NCBI GenBank assembly: GCA_964596525.1
Contig: CAZQUL010000001.1
Span: 1,015,723 to 1,079,722, forward strand
Reading direction: 5' to 3'
From: an uncultured Gammaproteobacteria bacterium
Lineage (GTDB): Bacteria; Patescibacteriota; Patescibacteriia; Magasanikbacterales; GWA2-37-8
Length of the DNA: 64,000 bases
Below are positions 39,935-49,961 of this stretch, piece after piece (position 1 is the stretch's first letter; every line of letters begins with the position of its first letter). The notes beneath the pieces are model-generated. The model was not told the origin of the DNA. It made no database searches and was given only the letters and a program-made list of their open reading frames with translations. Made by a program: the position numbers and the translations under genes.

Positions 39935-41053
39935 ATGCTTACCTGGATTGAACTTTCAGCGTCGAATTTTAATTTCAACATTGATCAGTTCCGCCGTCAT
40001 ATCGGTGAAAAGTCTCTCCTCATGCCGGTTATTAAGGCCAACGCATATGGCCATGGGCTCGCAGAAATCGGCACACTAGCTGATAAACACCCGGCGGTAA
40101 ACAAACTCTGCGTTGCAAGCTTGTCAGAAGCCTTGGATTTGCGGCATTTTGGCATCACTAAACCAATCGTCGTTTTGAGTTATTTTGACCGTGATGAAAA
40201 CAAAATTCGTGCCGCTATCGAACAAAACATTGCTCTTCCGCTTTTTTCGCGCGAAGAAGGGGAGTATCTGCGCAAAGTAGGGGAGCGTTTAGGGATTACC
40301 ATCCCTGTACATGTTAAAATTGACACGGGAACAAGCCGTATCGGGGTACGCCACGATGCTATAGAAGAAATTCTTCCCCTTGTACTGCATGCTAAGACTC
40401 TGCGCCTCGAGGGCACGTGGACACACTTCGCTTCAAGCGAAGAAAATGAGGAGTTTACGATGGTGCAGCTCGAACGTTTCACTGCGGTTCTGGATAAGTT
40501 CGCAGCTGTCGGCGTGAATCCAGGACTTCGGCACGCGGCGTGCACAGCTGCAACCATGCTACTTCCTGTCACGCATCTGGATGCCGTGCGTGTGGGTATT
40601 GGAATCTATGGTGTGTATCCCTCGTCCACAACGAAGACCGTGCTACCCCTCAAGCCGGTCTTGAGCTTGCATACACGGCTTATTCAAACCAAAAGGGTGG
40701 CAGAAGGTACGGCTGTGGGTTATGGTCAGACGCATGTTTTCAGAAAATCTGGTATACTAGGGGTGCTGCCCGTCGGTTATGCCGACGGTTTTGACCGGCG
40801 CTTTTCCAATAAGGGGCTTGTCCTCATTAACGGCAAGCGTTTTCCGGTCCGTGGCCGTGTATGTATGAACCTCACTATGGTCGAACTCACCGGCATGCCG
40901 GAGATTCAGGCCGGAGATGAAGTGATCTTGCTTGGTTCAAGCGGTAACGAAACCATAAGTGCCGGTGACTGGGCTGAACTGCAAGGCAACACGTTATCGT
41001 ACGAAGTAATTTCTCGTCTTGGGGCGCATATTCCGCGCATTATTTCTACGTAA
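39935..41053 (+). CDS. alr: alanine racemase
   Basis: PLP-lysine motif VIKANAYGHG, TIM-barrel plus C-terminal beta domain. Confidence 0.88.
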   Translation: MLTWIELSASNFNFNIDQFRRHIGEKSLLMPVIKANAYGHGLAEIGTLADKHPAVNKLCVASLSEALDLRHFGITKPIVVLSYFDRDENKIRAAIEQNIALPLFSREEGEYLRKVGERLGITIPVHVKIDTGTSRIGVRHDAIEEILPLVLHAKTLRLEGTWTHFASSEENEEFTMVQLERFTAVLDKFAAVGVNPGLRHAACTAATMLLPVTHLDAVRVGIGIYGVYPSSTTKTVLPLKPVLSLHTRLIQTKRVAEGTAVGYGQTHVFRKSGILGVLPVGYADGFDRRFSNKGLVLINGKRFPVRGRVCMNLTMVELTGMPEIQAGDEVILLGSSGNETISAGDWAELQGNTLSYEVISRLGAHIPRIIST

Positions 41054-42134
41054 ATCCGATCTTTACGGGGCTATGCTCCGCTCTTCCTCACGTATAAAAC
41101 GAAAAGTTCCCAAACGGCGGCGGTGGCATCAATATTCTGGCGTAGTAACTCATGCCAAACCAAAACCTTTCGCCGCACCTTCGTGGCGCAGTCCGCGGAC
41201 GAAGTCTTTTTCGCGTTCGCGTTTTTCGGGCAAGAAACTTCTTTCGATGCTCAAGTATACGTTTATAACTTTATTTCTTTTAGCCTGGCTTTTGGTGCCG
41301 GTTTATCTGCCGTTTACTCGCCTTTCAGTAGTTTCTGTGGTTGGCGCTGAGGAGAACCAGGCGCTAATGGAACGCATCAGTGAGGCGGCAAAAAGTACAA
41401 TCACGCCCTCAAATTCCTTATTTCCGAGTAATAGTTACTTTATATTCAACCCCAGCCACACCCAGAACGAATTATCGGAAAAATTCTCTGAGCTTTCGCA
41501 GATAACCGTTGAGAAAAAATTTCCCAACAGCTTGGTTATTTCTATTCATCAAAAAACAGAATTATTCTCTTACCTTAGCGGAAAAAATATCCTTTTATTG
41601 GATCAAGAGGGGAGTCTTGTACGCACTGAGACCCTAGAGGATTCCCCGTCGCTCACCGCTCTTTCTGCTCTTTTTGAAAATCTTCCTAGCACCTCCACTA
41701 CGGTCTCCACTACTCCCTCTACAGAAATCGAAAATGTTTTGCGTAAAAATAAGGATTATGTCCGCATGTTACGTGTAAAATTTAAACACCCAGTACTTCT
41801 TGACTATCGTTTGGATCGTTACGCAACTTCCACCGCCTCGACAACTTCCTCAACTTCCTCGGCAGCAATTGTTCCGAAAAATGTTTTGGGACGGTTTTCC
41901 GAGTGGTTTGATGCCGCGCCAAGGCATTTTGGTGAACTTTTGGGTTGTGCTCTTGATAATGGAGCTTTTCCAAACCGTTTTATTTGTTTGTTTGAGCGCG
42001 AACCATGGCTGGTTTTAACTACCTCAGATATGGCAGTGGAAGATGCTGTGCAACTTATTAACAAAGTACGCACGGCCAGTTCGCCACAAGAGTACATCGA
42101 CATACGATTGCCCGGCCGTATTTATTGGAAGTAG
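41019..42134 (+). CDS. FtsQ/DivIB-like cell-division protein (basic cytoplasmic tail, TM, POTRA-like domain); the start may be the internal Met at 41073
   Basis: Basic N-tail, TM helix (YTFITLFLLAWLLVPVYL), POTRA-like LSVVSVVGAEENQALMERI ... ITVEKKFPNSLVISIHQK; low-complexity Ser/Thr linker. Confidence 0.4.
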   Translation: MGRIFRALFLRKSDLYGAMLRSSSRIKRKVPKRRRWHQYSGVVTHAKPKPFAAPSWRSPRTKSFSRSRFSGKKLLSMLKYTFITLFLLAWLLVPVYLPFTRLSVVSVVGAEENQALMERISEAAKSTITPSNSLFPSNSYFIFNPSHTQNELSEKFSELSQITVEKKFPNSLVISIHQKTELFSYLSGKNILLLDQEGSLVRTETLEDSPSLTALSALFENLPSTSTTVSTTPSTEIENVLRKNKDYVRMLRVKFKHPVLLDYRLDRYATSTASTTSSTSSAAIVPKNVLGRFSEWFDAAPRHFGELLGCALDNGAFPNRFICLFEREPWLVLTTSDMAVEDAVQLINKVRTASSPQEYIDIRLPGRIYWK

Positions 42135-42197
42135 TTGTTAAAGAAAGGGAACCTTCACATCCGTGCCGCTAAAGGCCGGTTTTAAAGGATAAAAAGA

Positions 42198-42225
42198 ATT
42201 GAGTATAATAACTCTTATACTCAAT
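42198..42225. promoter_or_regulatory. candidate dif-like Xer recombination site: perfect 11-6-11 palindrome ATTGAGTATAA-TAACTC-TTATACTCAAT
   Basis: 28-bp architecture identical to dif sites (two 11-bp recombinase arms around a 6-bp core); inner arm ends ATAA/TTAT as in E. coli dif (GGTGCGCATAA-TGTATA-TTATGTTAAAT); 70 bp upstream of the Xer-like gene, as for xerS/difSL and xerH/difH. Confidence 0.5.
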
Positions 42226-42294
42226 TATTATACGGGTTTATGGTATACTTACTGCACTTGAGCTGGGTGTTTATATGTTCTCCTCTTTTCACGT

Positions 42295-43236
42295 ATGATT
42301 TGCCTCGAACACTTAGATGATTATCTTCTTCATTTACAAGCCAATAATTTTTCACCTAAGACCGTCTATAATTACGAACGTGATTTACATACCTTTGAAA
42401 TGTTTTTGGCGCGTGAGCTTAAAAAACCATTCGCATCTTTAATTAAACCGGACCTCATTCGCTTTAAAGCTTATCTGGGATCGATAGACCGTAAAACGGC
42501 CCAGGACGCGTTTTCTGAGGGTCGGCTGAGTAGTTACTCAATAAATCGTATTTTGTCTGCCCTGCGGTCGTATATCAAGTTTTTGGATGATATGGGCATA
42601 CCAGCGCCATTTCCATCGACTGCAGTCAAGCTCCTTAAGACCGAAAAACATCAGCCGCGCGTACCGGAATTTAAGGAATTATTAGCCCTCCTTGAGGCGC
42701 CTGAGTACTTAGAATTAGAACCAGTTATTAAAGCGCGTAACCGTGCCATACTAGAAACGTTATTTGCGACTGGCATGCGTATTTCTGAACTTCTTTCGTT
42801 AAAAGTGCATCAATTAGACGGTACCGGCCGCATTTACATCATGGGCAAGGGTAAAAAGCAGCGGTTCGTGTACCTCACTCCTCGGGCAATGGATTTCCTA
42901 ACAAGATACCTCTCTATGCGAGGTAGTGAATCGGAAATGTTATTTGTCCCCTACCGTGGAAAAAACAACAGCGAAAAGAATAAGCACTTGTCGGCAAACT
43001 ATGTGCAGTATAAAATAAAACGTTACCGCGAGCTCCTGCGTATCAATATTCCGATCAGTGCCCATACGCTGCGCCACAGCTTTGCCACGTTTCTCGCTGA
43101 AAAAGGCGCCAATCCAGCAGCCATCCAAATCCTTCTTGGGCATGAGTCGCTTGATACGACGACACGGTACGTACATGCTTCCGACCGTTTTGCTGAAAAA
43201 ACCCACCACGAGCACCATCCTTTGTTTAAAAATTAA
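42295..43236 (+). CDS. tyrosine site-specific recombinase, XerC/XerD family
   Basis: N-terminal SAM-like core-binding domain (LDDYLLHLQANNFSPKTVYNYERDLHTF), catalytic RHxxR...Y: ARNRAILETLFATGMRISEL, HTLRHSFATFLAEKGANPAAIQILLGHESLDTTTRYVH. Confidence 0.85.
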   Translation: MICLEHLDDYLLHLQANNFSPKTVYNYERDLHTFEMFLARELKKPFASLIKPDLIRFKAYLGSIDRKTAQDAFSEGRLSSYSINRILSALRSYIKFLDDMGIPAPFPSTAVKLLKTEKHQPRVPEFKELLALLEAPEYLELEPVIKARNRAILETLFATGMRISELLSLKVHQLDGTGRIYIMGKGKKQRFVYLTPRAMDFLTRYLSMRGSESEMLFVPYRGKNNSEKNKHLSANYVQYKIKRYRELLRINIPISAHTLRHSFATFLAEKGANPAAIQILLGHESLDTTTRYVHASDRFAEKTHHEHHPLFKN

Positions 43237-43257
43237 CCTTATTCTTAAAAATCATCT

Positions 43258-45654
43258 ATGTTTTCCGAACATGGTCCGCATTTTGAAGCCCCGCCTGCTG
43301 CCAAAAAACCGGAGGAACAATCCCCGGCGCTCTCACGGCGCGAGGCGCTCAAAAAAATCGGCAAGGTTGCAGCGGTTGGTGCGGTAGCGGCTGTGGAGCT
43401 AAACATGCTCGGCGGGAAACATCGCGAAGATGCACATGAGTCAGTGGCGCAGGCTGAGAAGGCGCATGCTGAAGAAGAGGCTCGTCGCCGATTTGAACGG
43501 GTTAACATCACGTCTGCGGCTGCGGTGAGCGGGCTCTTCATGAACTGGGTACGCCGATGCGCTAAAGGTGATAGTTTTGGTCCCACATCGGCAATGCAAC
43601 TTAATACGGCAGAAGCGCTGCGCCTTGCGAGTTTGCGGACGCTTGGCGGAAAAGAAGGTGCTGAACTTGCCAAGGAAGAGTCTGATTCCATTTACCAATC
43701 GCTCGCGTTAGTGCCGCTGCTTATTACTGCATCGGATTTTACCGCGCGTTCCGTAGCCGTGCATCCCGAGAAAATCTTTAAAGAAGCCGAAGATATTATT
43801 GAGGGCACAAAGCGTGAAGAACAAAAGCGCCCGCCGCTTGAAGCGAGCCTCACGGAATGGCGCGAGTACCAAGCCGGAGTTGAAGAGCGCCTCATTACTG
43901 AAGTCGCAGAATTGAGCGCTCTCTCCACTGCCCTCTCCCCTTTTTTGACCACGTATACATCCTCGGCGGTCGTGAATAAACTCAAGGAGAATATCATGCA
44001 TCTTACATACGAGCAGTCAATGGCCAAAGAAATGACACGTCGCAAAGAATTTAGTGAATCGCAAGCGGAGGAAGAAGTTTTTGAACGAAGCCGAATTAGA
44101 ACGCAGGATCTTTTTGATGGAGGTTGGGGTTTTAATAACCTGCAAACTACACTCGCGGCTAATGTGCATGGCGGATTTCTCCTTGGCGACCCGCCGCAGA
44201 TTTACGGCTTTATGAAACACAAGAAAAACCTGCCACGGCTTGCCAAAGCAGAAGCTTTCGGTTTGGCGAACAGTGAACTTTCAACTCTTGCGCTTACCGC
44301 GGTGTGGTTTAAAAAAGCTGGAATACAGCCTAATAAGGAGTTCTTGGCAACGTATTTTAAAGCTCAAGCGCGCGTCTTGGGCGAACTGGCCAAGCTCCCC
44401 TACGATGGAGGTAAAAAAGCGCTCAAAGGAACGCTCGAAAAAGTTTTGCGTACCAAAGGAGGGGCTGTTGGCGAATCAATTGCTGAGGGTCTTGATAAAA
44501 CAGAAATCCCGGCCATCAATCTGAGCATGCGTGATTATGCCGGAAAAAAAGCCGCGCATATCAAACGGCTGAGCACGGTAACGAGCACTGAAGTGCAGCA
44601 GGTGCTTGAAAGCCTTCTTAAACGAGCTGAAGAAGGTGTTAAAAAGCAGCCGCTGAATAATTTTTTGACAGAAGTAGGAAACGGTAACTTATCCGGTGCA
44701 GCAGGGGCGAACGAGGAATTGAACTTGCCTTTGCCGGAACTTTCCGAAACAGTTTCTATAACGGAAAATCAAGCGAACGAAGACTATGCAGAAATGACTA
44801 TTGAAGATCCGGAGCTGGAAGAAAAGCTAAATACAGCCTTTGACGAAGGTAGTAAACAGGCCCGGGAAATGACTACACCAAGCACGTCGGCTCGATTGCT
44901 CGAATCGTTACCTCAGCGCGAACGCCGTCTGGTTGAAAACTATATGCGCGAACCATCCGGACACTCTGAGGCACGATCCCGGCAAGTGTGGAACGAAGTG
45001 AGCAGTGCTGTGACTGACGAAAAAAATCGTACTATCCTCGAAACGATGCTCGGTCTTAAAAAACCGGAATCTGAACATCATTCTGAACAATTCTTGAGCC
45101 ACTCCGCACAAGAAGTTTTGTGGGCGCTTGGTAGCCAAATTCCCTGTGTAGAAGCCTTAGCAGAAACCGTTAAGGCTGGTGTGGGAAAAGCTTTTGATCT
45201 GAAAAAGGGCGAACGTCCTTCGGTGAATAAAATGATGCTCGCGGTGGGAAGTGTGCTCACCTCGGAAGCGGTTATTTCTTCACTGGCGGATAATATTGCA
45301 GCGTACCTGTACGGCGAAAAAGTGCTTACTGATATGATGAAAACTGCTTACGGTGACGATGTGATGGAAAAACATCCGGGTTTGGCGGATGCGGTTTATA
45401 CGGCAACTCTTAAACTTGCCGAGCAGGCCGGGTCGTTGACCAAGTTTGGCAATGGGCCTAACTTTTCTCAGGAACGTTTGGTGGCGAGCGTGGGTGAAGA
45501 TAAAAAACTCAGCGTCGCGCGCGAGGCGATTCCCTTTAAAGGGTATGACAACAAGTTTGCGAATGTGGCTAATGCAGGCATGCTGGGCGCGGCGCTTATG
45601 CTCATTCGTAAAGAGCTTGTTCAGATTGATACAGCCAATAAAAAACGCCCATAA
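43258..45654 (+). CDS. large alpha-helical hypothetical protein (N-terminal TM anchor)
   Basis: 798-aa ORF, N-terminal hydrophobic segment IGKVAAVGAVAAVELNMLGG, Glu/Lys/Ala-rich helical composition, no recognisable catalytic motifs. Confidence 0.55.
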   Translation: MFSEHGPHFEAPPAAKKPEEQSPALSRREALKKIGKVAAVGAVAAVELNMLGGKHREDAHESVAQAEKAHAEEEARRRFERVNITSAAAVSGLFMNWVRRCAKGDSFGPTSAMQLNTAEALRLASLRTLGGKEGAELAKEESDSIYQSLALVPLLITASDFTARSVAVHPEKIFKEAEDIIEGTKREEQKRPPLEASLTEWREYQAGVEERLITEVAELSALSTALSPFLTTYTSSAVVNKLKENIMHLTYEQSMAKEMTRRKEFSESQAEEEVFERSRIRTQDLFDGGWGFNNLQTTLAANVHGGFLLGDPPQIYGFMKHKKNLPRLAKAEAFGLANSELSTLALTAVWFKKAGIQPNKEFLATYFKAQARVLGELAKLPYDGGKKALKGTLEKVLRTKGGAVGESIAEGLDKTEIPAINLSMRDYAGKKAAHIKRLSTVTSTEVQQVLESLLKRAEEGVKKQPLNNFLTEVGNGNLSGAAGANEELNLPLPELSETVSITENQANEDYAEMTIEDPELEEKLNTAFDEGSKQAREMTTPSTSARLLESLPQRERRLVENYMREPSGHSEARSRQVWNEVSSAVTDEKNRTILETMLGLKKPESEHHSEQFLSHSAQEVLWALGSQIPCVEALAETVKAGVGKAFDLKKGERPSVNKMMLAVGSVLTSEAVISSLADNIAAYLYGEKVLTDMMKTAYGDDVMEKHPGLADAVYTATLKLAEQAGSLTKFGNGPNFSQERLVASVGEDKKLSVAREAIPFKGYDNKFANVANAGMLGAALMLIRKELVQIDTANKKRP

Positions 45655-45664
45655 CAAAGAAGTG

Positions 45665-46084
45665 TTAGGGCGTGGCAGCGAAGAGTTCTTGGTGCAGGCG
45701 GAGCGCGCCTTTCTTACAGTGGGTAAGGCGGTTATCGCGCTCAAAGGCTTTGTCGAGAAGTGTGATAAGGAAGTGCCACACCAGTCGTTCCTCTGTAGTA
45801 AGATGCGGGAGAGAAAGGAGGCATTCTTCGACGATGATTTCGACGAAGAATTCTCCGTGAGAACTTCGCAGCAGGTTGAACAATGCCTGTTCCGCCTCGA
45901 AACAATTTAAGCCGTTGGAAAAAATCGTTGTTGAGGGCGTGTGCTGCAGAAGCGACAAAAGAGCGTCGCTGCTTTTTGCTTTTGCCCTCTCCGCCGAACG
46001 GAGGGAACTTTCCGCCATTTCTGCGGCAACGCGCGGATGGCAAGTTACTCCGCCCACAGGTGAAAATCGAGCGTCACTTTTCAT
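45665..46084 (-). CDS. hypothetical protein (strand assignment uncertain)
   Basis: 139-aa ORF convergent with the 798-aa gene; a competing plus-strand ORF 45446-45910 overlaps the upstream gene end and is less likely. Confidence 0.25.
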   Translation of the reverse strand: MKSDARFSPVGGVTCHPRVAAEMAESSLRSAERAKAKSSDALLSLLQHTPSTTIFSNGLNCFEAEQALFNLLRSSHGEFFVEIIVEECLLSLPHLTTEERLVWHFLITLLDKAFERDNRLTHCKKGALRLHQELFAATP

Positions 46085-46239
46085 GATTGCACCTCGCGCA
46101 TATTTCGGTAACAGTAAAGCGAGCAGTAAAATAAAGCCAGAAAACTGTTGAAAAGTACTGGTCTCCCCTATTTTTATTGACCTTTTAGTGGGCCAGATCT
46201 ACTCTAGATAATAGAGGGGGTATTAAATCTTTATATCTT

Positions 46240-46740
46240 ATGCATATGACAACACGGCATGCACTACTCCCCATAGCGGCGTTTTTCTGCTTACTTTTAG
46301 GGCAGGGTTGCGATCAGCCGATCGACTACCTTCCTTCGGGAGTGCAAACTTCAACACAGCAGTCACCTACGACATCGGGACCTCAAGGACCTTCTACGTC
46401 TGTACCAACAACTACGGCCCAGGGCAAGCGGTACCTTTTCCGCTCTCTTGATGAGTGCAGTCGGGCACGGTTTACATGCGAAGCCACCGAGCAGTACTTT
46501 GCCGATGCCCAGGGTTGTGGTTGCGAACCAAAAACAGCGTCTGAAGACACATTTTGTGCCGCTGTTTACCAACCAGTATGTGCAGAAATTGAAGTGCAAT
46601 GCGTCCGTGCGCCGTGTAATAATATCTTTCAGACTTTTGGGAACGAATGCGAGGCTCGCCGTACCGGGTTCAATATCAAACAACTTAAATCAGGTGAATG
46701 TCAGCCGTCTCCATCTACCCCTACGACGAGTGCCTCATAA
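46240..46740 (+). CDS. secreted Kazal-type serine-protease-inhibitor-domain protein with Ser/Thr/Pro-rich linker
   Basis: Signal peptide (LLPIAAFFCLLLGQGC); Kazal-like Cys pattern C-AAVYQPVC-AEIEVQC ... TFGNECEA; 12 Cys total. Confidence 0.5.
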   Translation: MHMTTRHALLPIAAFFCLLLGQGCDQPIDYLPSGVQTSTQQSPTTSGPQGPSTSVPTTTAQGKRYLFRSLDECSRARFTCEATEQYFADAQGCGCEPKTASEDTFCAAVYQPVCAEIEVQCVRAPCNNIFQTFGNECEARRTGFNIKQLKSGECQPSPSTPTTSAS

Positions 46741-46923
46741 ACAGATACGTGGATGAATTGGACTGGAATTACAAAAGCCCTTTCAATGGGGCTTTTGTAA
46801 TTATGATACCGATCTCGCAGAGGCTTGAGGTGTTCTATAAAAATCATTAACCCATAGAAAACTAGCATGAACCCAAAGAGCGCCGAGTATTTCAAGGTAA
46901 GAGAAATGTTCGGCAACACATGT

Positions 46924-48021
46924 TTAGGTAGAAACTTTATTACGCAATTGTCCGCATGCGGCCGCGATATCTTGCCCTTGCGAGTAACGCACTGTGACGG
47001 TGAAATCTTCTTTCATAAGCGTGTCGCGCCAATGTTCGATGCGCTCTGAGGGTGTGCGAGCGAAGACATCGATGTTGTTAACTTCGGCATCCGAGATACT
47101 GTTGTACGGGATGAGGTTGATACGGATGTAGGGCAGTTTTTTACCAAGATCGATGAGGGCTGCAAGGTGCCGATCATCGTCGTTAACGCCGCCGAGCATA
47201 ATGTATTCGAGCCCGAGGAAATGCGTGCGCGTGCCGAATCTTTCATGATACTCGTTCCCCCACTGTACGAGAAAATCCAAGAAGCCCGGCGCGTGCGAGG
47301 GCATGATGAATTTGCGACTTTCTTCGATAGCGCTGTGAAGGGAAAGAGCCCAGCGTACAGCCGGAAAATCAGGGTCCGTAAGCATCCGTTTCATACTCGG
47401 TACGACACCGGCAGTAGAGACGGTGATTTTGGTGGGACCGAGGTCGGTATTTTTGAGAAGAATATTTATGGCTTCTTTAACGTTGTCGTAGTTGAGAAGC
47501 GGTTCGCCCTGGCCCATGAAGACGATGTTGGCAACGCGGGCGCCTTCGGGGGTAAGCATGCGCTGCGCCAGGCGGTACTGATCGACGATTTCTTGCGCCG
47601 ACAGATTGCGCTTGAAGCCTTGCTTGCCGGTGGCGCAAAACGCGCATTTCATGGGGCAGCCAGCCTGGCACGAAACGCAGATAGTATAGCGATCCGGAGC
47701 GAGCTCGTCACTCTCCCCCACGCGCTTAAGATGCGCCTCCTGCTTTTTGGTTGGCCTGCCCATGATAACGAGCTCTACGTACTGGCCATCGGCGAGTTTA
47801 AGAAGCGCTTTGCGGGTATTGTCGAGATCGCTCTTGAGCATGGTGTGCACATCCACCGCGAGCCAAGGAATGTCTTTGAGCTCTTCGCGCAGTTCAAGTG
47901 GCAAGGTAGAGATATCAGAGTAACTCGAGAGAGACGTGTCAAACCAAGCCGTATGCACTTGCTTGGTGCGAAAGGCCGGAAGGTTTTTGAGAATGGTGGC
48001 GAGGCGTTGGTCGGAAGCCAT
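46924..48021 (-). CDS. rlmN: dual-specificity RNA methyltransferase RlmN (radical SAM, 23S rRNA A2503 / tRNA A37 C2-methylation)
   Basis: Radical-SAM CQAGCPMKCAFCATG, conserved second Cys pair, about 365 aa. Confidence 0.88.
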   Translation of the reverse strand: MASDQRLATILKNLPAFRTKQVHTAWFDTSLSSYSDISTLPLELREELKDIPWLAVDVHTMLKSDLDNTRKALLKLADGQYVELVIMGRPTKKQEAHLKRVGESDELAPDRYTICVSCQAGCPMKCAFCATGKQGFKRNLSAQEIVDQYRLAQRMLTPEGARVANIVFMGQGEPLLNYDNVKEAINILLKNTDLGPTKITVSTAGVVPSMKRMLTDPDFPAVRWALSLHSAIEESRKFIMPSHAPGFLDFLVQWGNEYHERFGTRTHFLGLEYIMLGGVNDDDRHLAALIDLGKKLPYIRINLIPYNSISDAEVNNIDVFARTPSERIEHWRDTLMKEDFTVTVRYSQGQDIAAACGQLRNKVST

Positions 48022-48023
48022 AC

Positions 48024-49787
48024 TTATTCGATAAATCCACCGGCCTGGAGTTTCCAGAGATCGGCATAGAGACCGCCTCGTTTGGTGAGATCGGCGTGGG
48101 TGCCGTCTTCGAGAAGTTTACCGTTTTTGAGGACAACGATACGGTCCATCTGCATGATGGTTGAGAGGCGGTGTGCAATGACGATAACGGTTTTACCGTC
48201 CATGACGTGATCGAGGGCGTCTTGGATAAGGTGTTCGGATTCGGAATCGAGGCTCGACGTTGCTTCGTCGAGAACGAGGATTGGGGCGTTGCGCAGAATC
48301 GCACGAGCGATAGCGATGCGCTGGCGTTCGCCACCTGAAAGTTTGAGGCCCCGCTCCCCTGCTACGGTAGAATATCCATCCGGAAGACGCGTAATAAATT
48401 CGTGGCAATGCGCGGCTTTGGCAGCAGCGATCACTTCGTCGTCGGAGGCATTCGGACGTCCGTAGCGAATATTCTCCATGATGGTGCGATGGAAGAGTAC
48501 CGGATCTTGAGGTACCAGGCTCACCATGTTCCAGAGGCTTTCCTGCGTGACGTCTTTTATATCCTGACCATCAATGATGATCGAGCCGTCATTAATATCG
48601 TACATGCGGAGTAAGAGTTTGATAAGGGTGCTTTTGCCCGAGCCGCTCGGTCCGACGAGTGCTACTTTCTCTCCTGGTTTGATGTCGAGTGAGAGGTTTT
48701 CGAACATGCTGCGTTTGCCGCTATAGTTGAACGTCACGTTCTTAAACTGTACACTGCCCTGCGTAACTGACAAAGCGCCGGCGTTCGGTGCATCCTGGAT
48801 TTCGTACGGGGTGAGCATGACGGCCGTCATTTCGCTCGCATCGGCCATAGCTTCGCTGAGGCGACGGATAACGCGACCAAAACCCCAAATTTCATTGACG
48901 AGGGTGATGACGTAGGCTTGGATAAGCACGAAATCACCAGTCGTGAGCCTCCCCTCTTGCCAGAGGCGGATAGCGCCGTAGAAAATGCCCAGTTCGAGCC
49001 CGATGACGAGGAGTCCTTGAACAGCTTCAAACACGCTGTTCAAATCCCAGCGGATACGCTGCAAGTTGCGCGCTTTGATGAGGAGGCCCTTGAAGGTGTC
49101 GGTTTCATGGCGTAACCCGTTAAATAGTTTGACGTTGGCATTGTTCGTGACCGTATCGGCCAAGTGACCGGAGACTTTTGAATCGGCTTCGTTATGGGCA
49201 ATGTCGTAGCGCGACTTGAGGCGGCTGAGCCACCAGTTAATAGCAAGAAAGACCACGACCCAGACCACGATAACTACACCGAGAACAGCAGCGCGACGGC
49301 TGAGTACTACACTGACCATAATAATATTCACGAGAAGCGGGATGAGCGTGAAGAACATTTGGTCCATGATGAGACTGAACGCGCCGACGAACCGGTTCAC
49401 GCGCTTGACGAGCGAACCGACGAAATTATTGTTAAAAAAGGCAAAGGAATGCCGGTGTAATACCGAAAAACAGGTGACGTAAAGATCCACTGTAATACCG
49501 GTTTCGAGCCGGGTGCTGAGGATATCGACGATACGCTGGATGAGCCAGTTGGCCAGCGAAATAACGCCGATAATGACGAGAATGTGTACCAAAACATCGC
49601 GGGCAGCAGCCAGAGACAGACCCGGCTCAGCTAAAACATCAAAGAACTTCTTATAGTAAAGGGCGGGAATATTGCGTGAAATTGTGCCTAACGTTACAGC
49701 AGCAATAAGCCCAGCCATGCCAAGACGGTAAGCTTTGATGTGTTTGAGATATGTGAGTGCTGTTTGTTTGATGGTGGCGTGCTGCAT
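48024..49787 (-). CDS. ABC transporter, fused permease/ATP-binding exporter (MsbA/type I exporter family)
   Basis: 6-TM N-domain; NBD with Walker A GPSGSGKST, signature LSGGERQRIAIARA, Walker B ILVLDEATS. Confidence 0.88.
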   Translation of the reverse strand: MQHATIKQTALTYLKHIKAYRLGMAGLIAAVTLGTISRNIPALYYKKFFDVLAEPGLSLAAARDVLVHILVIIGVISLANWLIQRIVDILSTRLETGITVDLYVTCFSVLHRHSFAFFNNNFVGSLVKRVNRFVGAFSLIMDQMFFTLIPLLVNIIMVSVVLSRRAAVLGVVIVVWVVVFLAINWWLSRLKSRYDIAHNEADSKVSGHLADTVTNNANVKLFNGLRHETDTFKGLLIKARNLQRIRWDLNSVFEAVQGLLVIGLELGIFYGAIRLWQEGRLTTGDFVLIQAYVITLVNEIWGFGRVIRRLSEAMADASEMTAVMLTPYEIQDAPNAGALSVTQGSVQFKNVTFNYSGKRSMFENLSLDIKPGEKVALVGPSGSGKSTLIKLLLRMYDINDGSIIIDGQDIKDVTQESLWNMVSLVPQDPVLFHRTIMENIRYGRPNASDDEVIAAAKAAHCHEFITRLPDGYSTVAGERGLKLSGGERQRIAIARAILRNAPILVLDEATSSLDSESEHLIQDALDHVMDGKTVIVIAHRLSTIMQMDRIVVLKNGKLLEDGTHADLTKRGGLYADLWKLQAGGFIE

Positions 49788-49961
49788 ACAACGTCTCCAC
49801 TACATAAAAATTCCTGGGTTAGGAACAGCTCAGTCTAGCATTTTAGAAGAGAAATGTCAACTTTGAACCTTGTTTTAGCCTATTCCATGATATGATTGAC
49901 TACATGGCGATACTGTGCTAGAAGACCAAATGGGAAAAATTCCTCAAGGAACGGAGGGTCT

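Noticed and set aside
45446-45910. Plus-strand 154-aa ORF
   Set aside because: Overlaps the last 200 nt of the 798-aa gene in another frame, with an Arg/Trp-rich product. The convergent minus-strand ORF is retained at low confidence instead.
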